From NCBI GenBank assembly GCA_965224245.1, contig OZ245046.1, forward strand, positions 2,848,001-2,912,000: a stretch of DNA of 64,000 nucleotides, given 5' to 3'. The DNA comes from Candidatus Eiseniibacteriota bacterium (lineage in GTDB: Bacteria > Eisenbacteria > RBG-16-71-46 > CAZAMP01). Under the pieces are notes generated by a model. That model worked only from the letters and a program-made list of their open reading frames with translations. It made no database searches and was not told the DNA's origin. A program made the translations under genes and the position numbers. Below, one piece after another: positions 19,289-27,090 of this stretch (its first letter is position 1; every line of letters starts with the position of its first letter).

Positions 19289-19945
19289 TCAGTCGGTGTA
19301 GGCTGCCTTGACGCGGCCCCAGCTCATCTCCTCGACCGGGATGACCGCGCAGTAGTCACTCGAGCACTCGACGTCGATCCCGCTCGCGAGATCGTACTCC
19401 TCGAGCGCGCCGGCACAGATCTCGAAGAGCGCGGCATCGCAGTCCGCGTACACGGCCTCTTCGATCCGTGGATCCCCGGTGAACCGGAGGTAGCCGGCAT
19501 CGCCGGTCGTCAGCGAAAGGAATCCGACGCGCGCGTGTTCACCGGGTGAGACGAAGCACCCGTCCGCCCACGTCATCGCGTTGCCGGTCCCGGAATCGGG
19601 CCATAAATCCTCGGGGATCTCCGAGCCCCCGGTGCAGAGCGCCCAGCCCAGTCCCGAGCCGAGATCGTGCTCGATCCCGAACTGCGTGCCCCCGATGCCG
19701 TTCGGGAAGCCACCGGTTCGGACCACCGTGAACCACAGAAAGCTCGGGCCGGCGATCGACGCGCTGCCGAGTGGACCGCAGTCGGCGGCGTCGATGAAGT
19801 CGAACGCGGGATCCGTGCAGCCGGCGTACGACGGCCCCGTGAGCACCGGGTGCAGCGTCGTCGCCTCGTCGATCTGGGCCGACGCCAGGCTGGTGACGGT
19901 CACTGCCACGACGAACGTCGTGGTGAGGACGGTGCTGAAACGCAT
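19289..19945 (-). CDS. Secreted Cys-rich hypothetical protein with C-terminal 'SWGRVKAAY' motif
   Basis: Signal peptide (ASA/Q), several Cys, ends VIPVEEMSWGRVKAAYTD. Confidence 0.8.
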   Translation of the reverse strand: MRFSTVLTTTFVVAVTVTSLASAQIDEATTLHPVLTGPSYAGCTDPAFDFIDAADCGPLGSASIAGPSFLWFTVVRTGGFPNGIGGTQFGIEHDLGSGLGWALCTGGSEIPEDLWPDSGTGNAMTWADGCFVSPGEHARVGFLSLTTGDAGYLRFTGDPRIEEAVYADCDAALFEICAGALEEYDLASGIDVECSSDYCAVIPVEEMSWGRVKAAYTD

Positions 19946-20035
19946 GGGATGAAGCTCCAGAACGAGAAGCTGGCAGACACAATGCCTTGGACCGGAATTC
20001 TCTCATCCCGCCCTCGGGGACGCAACCGGCACCCG

Positions 20036-21922
20036 TCACGGTGCCTCGGGCGCCTCGAGCCGCGTCAACGGCACCCCTCTCTCGAATGCGCGGCGCTCGA
20101 ACGCAATTCGGTCGAGGAGGTCGGTCAGCCCCTCCTCCGTCGCGCGAGATCGGGCGGCGTCCAGAAGCTCGATCGCCCGCTCGAAGTGCTCGAGCTCCCC
20201 CTCGGCGACGGCCAGCGCTCGTAGCGACGCCGCGCGCGCGGGGCGCGTGACCGAGACCGCGCGCTCGGCGAGCGAGCGGGCCAGCTCGGGTCGGCGCACG
20301 TCGGGATCGACGCTGGTCGCGCGGATCCAGGCGAGCCGCGTGAGCAGATCGACGTCATCGGGACGCCCCAGGAGCGCGACCTCGAACGCCCGGGCGGCGG
20401 CCGCCTGATCACCGTCGTACCAGGACGCCTCACCGGCGATGAACGCACTCGTCGCATCCCCGGGGAACCACGCCAGCAGCGACCGGGCCACGGCGCCCGC
20501 GGGGGAGCGGTCCCCGCTTCGGTGGAGCGCGATCGCGTGGTCGCGCTGATGCTGGCCGTCGTAGCCGAGCGCGACCCGCACCGAGTCGAGCGGGACGAGG
20601 GCCGCGGCACGCCCGAAGTGCGCCGCCCCGCGGGCGGCGTCGCCATCGCGCATCGCGAGGCGGGCCAGCGCCTGCTCGACCCGGCAGGCCACCACCCCCG
20701 CATCCCGCGCCGACTCCCAGAGCGCACGGTCGGAGCGCCAGTCTCGAAGGCGGGTCGTGGAGCGGGCCGCCCCGAGAATCACGAGCGCCCCGACCACGAC
20801 GATCGTGGCTCGGCGGAAGCCCCGCCCACCGTGTCGAGCCGACGCGTGCACGGCCCACGCGACCGCGAGCGCGACCCCGAACGAGGCGACGTACAGGTAT
20901 CGCTCGGCGAAGTAGAAGTGCGTCAGCGGGATCAGGTTCGCGTACGGCACGGGCATCACGAGACACCACAGGAGCGCGAACCCCGCGAGCGGGGCCCGGC
21001 GGTACGCCCACGCGGCGATTGCGAGCCCGGCGGCGAGGAGCGCGATGCCGCCCAGGGCGGCCGGACTCGAGAGGGCGAGGGTGCGATCCAGCCCACGGTC
21101 GACCACGAGCGTGGTCGGGAACACCAGCACCTCGATCGTCCGCGGCACCGCAGCCGCCGCGTGCGCGAGCACCTGGCGATACGACACGAGCTGATACGCG
21201 TGCGTCTCGGCCACCCGCGCCGGCGAGAAGGGATCGATCAGGCCCAGCGACCAGATCGCGCCCGCGCCGACGAGCACCACGGCCCCAACCGCGATGGAGA
21301 TGCGCAGCCGCCGGGACGCAGCTCCCGGGCGCAGACCGGCCGGCAACAGCACGAGGGCGATCGGGAACGCCGCGGCGGAGGTCTCCTTGCTCCAGAGCGC
21401 GAGCCCGAGGCACAGCGTCAGGATCACCACGCCCCACCGTGACCGACCGGCCCGCATCCACGCGAGAAGGCCGGCCACGAGCCACCCGAGCGGCAGGATG
21501 TCCTTGCGGTGCACGAACGACGCGACCGCGTCCACGTGCACGGGATGGACGGCGAACACGAGCCCGCCCATCAGCGCCGCGACCGCGCCGAGCCCGGTCC
21601 GAAGGAGCAGGAGCCCGACCAGCCCCACCACGGCGGTGTGCAGCATGACGTTCGTCAGGTGATAGCCGACCGCCTGATCGCCCCAGAGGCGATGATCGAG
21701 CCAGTAGCTGAGCCATGTCAGGCCGCGATAGGCACGGAGCACCGGCGCGCCGGAATCCAGCTCGGCGATCGTTTGCGTGTCGTCGTAGACGAACCCATGG
21801 CCGAGCGACGGCAGGTGGAGTGCCAGGGCAACGCACGCGGGAACGAGCACCGCCAGCACGACGTCACGCGCCGACCGGCCGCGTCGCGGGTCGTCGGCGT
21901 CGTTCACGGTCGGAGATTCCAC
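20036..21922 (-). CDS. TMTC-like GT-C membrane glycosyltransferase with degenerate C-terminal TPRs
   Basis: GFVYDD, 'GYHLTNVMLH', 'FAVHPVHVDAV', 'SKETS', 'FAERYLY', 'DWRSDRALW' are TMTC/DUF1736-type motifs. Confidence 0.85.
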   Translation of the reverse strand: MESPTVNDADDPRRGRSARDVVLAVLVPACVALALHLPSLGHGFVYDDTQTIAELDSGAPVLRAYRGLTWLSYWLDHRLWGDQAVGYHLTNVMLHTAVVGLVGLLLLRTGLGAVAALMGGLVFAVHPVHVDAVASFVHRKDILPLGWLVAGLLAWMRAGRSRWGVVILTLCLGLALWSKETSAAAFPIALVLLPAGLRPGAASRRLRISIAVGAVVLVGAGAIWSLGLIDPFSPARVAETHAYQLVSYRQVLAHAAAAVPRTIEVLVFPTTLVVDRGLDRTLALSSPAALGGIALLAAGLAIAAWAYRRAPLAGFALLWCLVMPVPYANLIPLTHFYFAERYLYVASFGVALAVAWAVHASARHGGRGFRRATIVVVGALVILGAARSTTRLRDWRSDRALWESARDAGVVACRVEQALARLAMRDGDAARGAAHFGRAAALVPLDSVRVALGYDGQHQRDHAIALHRSGDRSPAGAVARSLLAWFPGDATSAFIAGEASWYDGDQAAAARAFEVALLGRPDDVDLLTRLAWIRATSVDPDVRRPELARSLAERAVSVTRPARAASLRALAVAEGELEHFERAIELLDAARSRATEEGLTDLLDRIAFERRAFERGVPLTRLEAPEAP

Positions 21923-21932
21923 ACGGAACGGC

Positions 21933-22322
21933 TCAGGCGTTTCCGAGGTCTTCCAGGTCGATCTCGTCGCGCGCGAGGACGAGCACGGCCGAGTTCGGCA
22001 CGATCAGGTAGTGCGAGCCCTCGAACGTGAACTCGACGGCGCCGCTGCGCAGAAAGAGGACATAGTCCCCCTCCTGGGCCTGGAGCGGGACGTAGCGCGC
22101 GCCGCGATCGTGGCGCGGCTTCCACGGCTCGTCGTCCACGTCTGTCGGATCGGCCACGGGATACCCGGGACCGACCGCGACCACGGTACCGCCACGGACC
22201 GACCGGGCGCTCACGGCGGACTGCGGCACGTAGAGGCCGGCTCCGGTCTTCTCCTCGCCCGACTCGGGCCGCACGACGATCCGGTCGCCGACCACGATCA
22301 GACGCTTCGCGAATCTCGCCAT
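21933..22322 (-). CDS. Co-chaperone GroES-family protein (orphan, with insertion)
   Basis: VGDRIVVRP..EEKTGAGLYVP...GTVVAVGPG...EGDYVLF...Y LIV. Confidence 0.85.
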   Translation of the reverse strand: MARFAKRLIVVGDRIVVRPESGEEKTGAGLYVPQSAVSARSVRGGTVVAVGPGYPVADPTDVDDEPWKPRHDRGARYVPLQAQEGDYVLFLRSGAVEFTFEGSHYLIVPNSAVLVLARDEIDLEDLGNA

Positions 22323-22331
22323 CGCCCTCGC

Positions 22332-22778
22332 TCATGCTCGACTCGCGCCGGGAAGAAACGACGCGATGTGTGACAGATACCAGCCCGGGAACCGGTGCTC
22401 GCGGGCCGCGCCGAGGATCCGATCCACGTACGCGGGATCCGGATCGCCCGGCGCCAGATCGTGCGCGACGTACGACAGCGCGGGAACGTGCGTGCCGTCG
22501 AGCCGCCGCGTCAGGACGGCTTCGGGCACGTACACGCCGCCCAGGACGTCGCGCGCGTGCGCGTACAGGCGATCGAGCTCGCCGTGGGTGAGGGCGGTCA
22601 CGATGCCGTAGGTCGTGCCCCGGTCGAGCGGTACGAGATTGGCGAGTGGCCGCACGGTCAGGGCGTATCCCGGCAGCACCGCGACGTGAAACGGCTCCGG
22701 ATGGATGTCGACACCGGTCAGAACCTCGAGGTTGATGTACGAGCCGTAGAGGAACACGGCGACCGCCCGTGCTCGCAT
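22332..22778 (-). CDS. Gamma-glutamylcyclotransferase (GGCT/AIG2-like) family protein
   Basis: N-terminal 'FLYGSYIN', 'LPGYAL', 'P.P.YVDRIL.AAR...FP.WY'. GAGGAGG RBS before ATG 22778. Confidence 0.75.
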   Translation of the reverse strand: MRARAVAVFLYGSYINLEVLTGVDIHPEPFHVAVLPGYALTVRPLANLVPLDRGTTYGIVTALTHGELDRLYAHARDVLGGVYVPEAVLTRRLDGTHVPALSYVAHDLAPGDPDPAYVDRILGAAREHRFPGWYLSHIASFLPGASRA

Positions 22779-22869
22779 GGCACCCTCCTCGCGTCCTCGC
22801 CCGAGGCTCGACCGAGACTCCTCGCTCCGGGCGCCACACATGCCTCATCGAGAAGCGGGGCTGCCGCCG

Positions 22870-22985
22870 CCTCGAGGTTCGGCGAATGACGCCGGGTGCC
22901 CGTAGCCGCGGTCGTCGACGCGCGCCTCGAACGCGACGTCGACGAACGTCCCGTCGTCCTCCGCTGGATGGACGCGGTTCTGATG
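22870..22985 (-). pseudogene. Relic of one FG-GAP repeat
   Basis: Minus-strand frame reads HQNRVHPAEDDGTFVDVAFEARVDDRGYGHPASFAE, resembling NRLYRN.GDGTFVDV...AGV.D.G.G..A.F.D. Confidence 0.45.
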
Positions 22986-22991
22986 GCGATC

Positions 22992-24827
22992 CTAGCGGCC
23001 GGTGTCGCCGACGACGAGCTTTCGAGACACGTTCCAGCGCTCCGACGCCAGCGCGAGCACGTACACCCCGGCCGGCAGCCTCCGGGTGTCGAGAGGAACG
23101 TCGTGCACCCCCGCACCGAGACGGCGGCGCTCGAACAGCGAGCGCACCTCTCGACCCGAGACGTCGAACAGTCGCGCGGTGAGGCGCGACGACGCCTCCA
23201 GCTCGAGCCGGACGTGAGCGGTTTGCCCGGGTGCCGGGTTCGGGGCGAGGACGAGCCCTCGCGGACCGTCGATCGTCGCCGGCGCCTCCAGGAGCTGACC
23301 CGGCTCCCCACCCACGTGCAACACCCAGTCGTCGTTCGTCGGGGGCACGAAGGCCACGGGACCGCCGCCGGCGACCGGGGCGATCGTCGTGTATCCCCCG
23401 ACGCGCGGATCGAACCACTCGGCGATGAGCGTCTCGGTGGGGAGGACCGAGCTGAGGTCGAGCGTGAACTCGGTGTCGTCGGGAACGTAGACGACGAACT
23501 CCGCGCCGTCCTTGGCCAGCGCCAGCCCGTGCGACGTGAGCGCGTTGGCCGGCACCATCTCCCAGTACGGGAGCTGCGTCATGAACTCGTACGCGAGGCG
23601 GTTGTAGTCGAAGTGAAGCGCGGTGGTGTAGTGCTCGCCCCACTTCCATCCCAGCGACGCGCCCTTGTAGTATCCGCCGGCGGTGATGACGCCCCAGATC
23701 CCGGAGATCATGTTCTCGGTGCCCCGCCATCCCTCTATGACGTACTCCTCCATCATGATCGGAATGGGATGACCGGCGTCGATGGTGGCCTCGCGAGCAT
23801 CCAGCACGAGCTGGTTCAGCGAGAAGCCGTCGGTGAAGCTCTGCAGCGCGGTGTGATCGAAGTCGGGGTTTCCCGCGAACGGGTAGGGCCCCTGCAGCTG
23901 GTGCGCGGAGACCAGGTGCTGAAAGACGTCCACCGAGGAGAGGTGCGCCGCGCGGTGGGCGGCCCAGTCGTTGTCGCGGTACTCGTCGTGCTCGAGCGCG
24001 ACGTTCCACGTGACGTTCGAGAACGCGCCGAACCGACCCACGATGTACGTATAGAACTGCTCCTCGTCCTGGCTGTACGCGGGCGCGATCAACGACGTCG
24101 AATCGTCCGAGTACACCCAGAGGTCCGCCACGATCCCGTGATCCAGGAGCTCCTGGATCACCGCGTCCCAGGCGTTCATCTTCGAGAGCTGATAGCGGCT
24201 CTTGTCGTGCGAGGATCGCGTGCCTTCCCACGGAAAGACGTCGTACACGTGGTCGTCCACCAGGGCCATCAGGAAGTTGTTGACGCGGTGCTCGGCCATG
24301 TAGGCGATCGCGTCCGATCGCTCGGCGTCGGTGAACGACTCCGACAGGAAGTTCCACTCGCTGTCGCCGTTCCAGAAGTAACGCTCACCGTTGGCGTACG
24401 TCAGGTGATGCGGATGGTCCGGGTCGATCCCGAGCGGCCCGCGGTTCGTGGCGTAGGTGACGCCGAACACGCCTGATCCCCCCGGGGTGCCGTCGGTCCA
24501 CGAGTACGTGTAACGCCACGTACCGGTCTCGTCGGGCATGAACCACACGCGCCAGACGTTGCCGAGCTGTCCGCCGAGGCCGTCGCCGTCGTACACGCCG
24601 AAGAAGTCGATCTCGCGCCCGCTGGGGGACACGAGGTGAATCCGGAGCTCGATTTCGGTGAAGTCGAAGGGATTCGTGTAGACGCCGTCGTTGGTGACGG
24701 TCAGCTGCCATCGATCGTAGATCCGGACGATGTCGCTCGCCCCGGCGTCGTCGGCGGCGGCGAGCGCCAGCCCGATCAGCCCGGCGAACGCGATCGCGAC
24801 ACGTCGTCGTGACGCGAGAGTGACCAT
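22992..24827 (-). CDS. Secreted DUF5060/DUF4038 (apiosidase-like TIM barrel) glycoside hydrolase with collagen-binding-like domain and T9SS/FlgD-like CTD
   Basis: 'NPFD...SPSG...GVYDG...W...FMPDETGTWRY', 'YIVGRFGAFSNVTW..A.E', 'WFDPRVG', 'DWVL', 'PNP...FDVSGREV...PAGVY'. Confidence 0.8.
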   Translation of the reverse strand: MVTLASRRRVAIAFAGLIGLALAAADDAGASDIVRIYDRWQLTVTNDGVYTNPFDFTEIELRIHLVSPSGREIDFFGVYDGDGLGGQLGNVWRVWFMPDETGTWRYTYSWTDGTPGGSGVFGVTYATNRGPLGIDPDHPHHLTYANGERYFWNGDSEWNFLSESFTDAERSDAIAYMAEHRVNNFLMALVDDHVYDVFPWEGTRSSHDKSRYQLSKMNAWDAVIQELLDHGIVADLWVYSDDSTSLIAPAYSQDEEQFYTYIVGRFGAFSNVTWNVALEHDEYRDNDWAAHRAAHLSSVDVFQHLVSAHQLQGPYPFAGNPDFDHTALQSFTDGFSLNQLVLDAREATIDAGHPIPIMMEEYVIEGWRGTENMISGIWGVITAGGYYKGASLGWKWGEHYTTALHFDYNRLAYEFMTQLPYWEMVPANALTSHGLALAKDGAEFVVYVPDDTEFTLDLSSVLPTETLIAEWFDPRVGGYTTIAPVAGGGPVAFVPPTNDDWVLHVGGEPGQLLEAPATIDGPRGLVLAPNPAPGQTAHVRLELEASSRLTARLFDVSGREVRSLFERRRLGAGVHDVPLDTRRLPAGVYVLALASERWNVSRKLVVGDTGR

Positions 24828-25189
24828 GTCGGCTCCAATCCTTGGTGCAACGCGAGGCGCTGGCAGGTGAACGTCGTGAGGGGGGATGTTAGGTCGCGAG
24901 TGGGAGTGGCACAACGCCGCAAGCCCGGACACCCGCCCCGCGCGCCGAGTCACCTTTCGGTGTCGGCGAGCGCGTCGCGCCTCCTGAGCCCTCTGCACGC
25001 CCCGTCACCCCCGCCAGGATCGGCGTGCGGGGTCGTCCCGGCACGTCGTTGTGCTCGCGATCGTAGCGACTTACGGCGCCGGCCAGCCGCCGACGCGGGT
25101 GGGTGCCGGGTCGCCGCGGTCGGGGGGCTCGTGTCCGGGCGGCTTTCTCGACCACCCATTCACGATTCTCGACCGTGCGCGTGTCGCCG

Positions 25190-25966
25190 CTATGGCCGCC
25201 CCCCCAGCAGATCCACCGCTACGAGCCCGAGGACGAGCACGTCGAGGACGGCGAAGCTCCATCCGACCCGGCGCAGTGCCCGGGGATGGGGACGCCGGGA
25301 CGCGACGCCGATCGACAGGACGCCGGCGACGACGACGCCAACCGAGATCCAGGGGTATGCGCCGAACGCCCCCGACGGCGCAGCGGCGGTCAGCGCGAGC
25401 GTGCCGACCGCCCACACCGCGACGCCCGGCGACGACACCCGGCGGCGCGATTTGACGGCGTGGACGGTCAGCGTCTGGAGCGCGAACACGATCGCCCAGG
25501 CGACCGCGCCGGCGGTGAGGTCGGCGAGCCCCAACGAGCCGGCGATCCCGGTGGGCACCAGCGCGGACGCGAGCGCGGTCGCGATCAGGAGTTCGCCGGC
25601 GAGGGACTTGTCGGCGCGCCGCGCAACCGCGGCGGCCACGGCCACGCCGAGAACGAGGGTCGCACCCGCGGCCGCCCGCTCGGCCGACGAGACCTGGACC
25701 AGCCAGACGATCCAGGCGCCCAGCGCCGCGACCGAGAGGAACACGCCCTGCACGAGCGCGGGCCGCTGGAGCTGTCCCGCGGCCCGCGCGCCGCGTCGCC
25801 CGAGGAGGATCCGCACGGGCTCGCTGGCCGCGAACGCGGCCACGACCCCCAGCGCGAAGACGACGCCGATCCACGACGGCGACACGACGAGCGCCGTGAC
25901 GAGCGGGGCGAGACATTCCACGTACGCGCCGTGCTCTCGCGGCCACAGCCGGGTGCCCCCTCGCAT
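25190..25966 (-). CDS. YwiC-like integral membrane protein
   Basis: N-terminal PREHGA motif, 'EP' after TM2, C-terminal 'LRRVGW', multiple TM segments. Confidence 0.75.
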   Translation of the reverse strand: MRGGTRLWPREHGAYVECLAPLVTALVVSPSWIGVVFALGVVAAFAASEPVRILLGRRGARAAGQLQRPALVQGVFLSVAALGAWIVWLVQVSSAERAAAGATLVLGVAVAAAVARRADKSLAGELLIATALASALVPTGIAGSLGLADLTAGAVAWAIVFALQTLTVHAVKSRRRVSSPGVAVWAVGTLALTAAAPSGAFGAYPWISVGVVVAGVLSIGVASRRPHPRALRRVGWSFAVLDVLVLGLVAVDLLGGRP

Positions 25967-26199
25967 CAGCTCGACCCCTGCGTCGCGCGGGCCCAGGTCG
26001 ACGCGCCGGCCGGCCGCCGGCGCCGGGCGAGCCTCGTGGGGCGGCCGGGCCCTCGGTATTCAGGATTCGATCCGGCGCGCCGGCGGCCGCGGTCCGGCAC
26101 AAACTCGACCTCTGGATTCAAACCCTCGAGCCCTCCCGGTCGTCGAACATCATGGCCCCCGAGCCGCCTTCACGTCCTCGAACCGAAGGAGTGTCCCGC

Positions 26200-26913
26200 A
26201 TGAGCCCCATCTCGAGCTACCTCAACCGGCTGGCGATCGGCGTCGCCGCCGTCGCCATCGTCTCGACCACCGCGTCGGTGGCGGTCGCGGGCGGCTGGCG
26301 GGCGAGCCACGATCGGCATGCCCGCATTCAGGGATCCGGAGACCTCGAGACGCGTGTTCTCGACCTCGAGGGTTTCGACACCATCCGGGTGGACGGGATC
26401 GCCGAGATCGACGTGTCGATCGGGGACGACTTCCGCGTCGAGCTCGAGGCCGAGGACAACGTGATCGACCACGTCGACGCACGGGTCTCTCGCGGTCGGC
26501 TGATCATCGACACCGACGACATCCACGACATCGACACCGACGAGGGCATCCGGTTCACGATCACGATGCCGGCGCTGGTCGAGATTCGCGTGGACGGGGT
26601 CTGCACGCTGACCGCCGAGGGTCTGGACAACGACGAGACGCGCGTCGAGGTCGACGGGGTGGGCGACATCCGGCTCTCGGGTCGGACCCGATCGCTCGAC
26701 GTCGACGCCGGCGGCGTCGGCGAGATCGACCTCGAGGATCTGGTGGCCCAGTATGCCGACGTGAACGTTGGGGGAGTCGGAGACGTCGTCGTGTACGTGG
26801 AGAAGGAGCTGGACGTGGACGTGCACGGAATCGGGTCGGTCACCTATCACGGCGATCCCGAGCGCGTGCGAGACGACGTGGGCTTCTTCGGAGACCTCGT
26901 CGCCGCCGATTGA
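26200..26913 (+). CDS. DUF2807 / head GIN domain secreted protein
   Basis: Signal peptide, 'IQGSGD...F..I.V.G', repeated 'G.G.I.L.G', 'G.GSVTYHGDP'. AAGGAG RBS. Confidence 0.85.
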   Translation: MSPISSYLNRLAIGVAAVAIVSTTASVAVAGGWRASHDRHARIQGSGDLETRVLDLEGFDTIRVDGIAEIDVSIGDDFRVELEAEDNVIDHVDARVSRGRLIIDTDDIHDIDTDEGIRFTITMPALVEIRVDGVCTLTAEGLDNDETRVEVDGVGDIRLSGRTRSLDVDAGGVGEIDLEDLVAQYADVNVGGVGDVVVYVEKELDVDVHGIGSVTYHGDPERVRDDVGFFGDLVAAD

Positions 26914-27090
26914 CCGAGCCGCGGCGGTTCGGGGCTGGCGAGGTCCGGGGATCGGGTCTACTCTCAGCGTGCACGTGACGTGGTCCGGCTCGAGCGGATG
27001 CGGCACCGGAACGGGGCCGCGCCGGGTCGCCGGTCCACCGGCGTCGGGCCCGGTCGGTGCTCGACTCGACCCCCGCCGGGAGTTTCCGAC

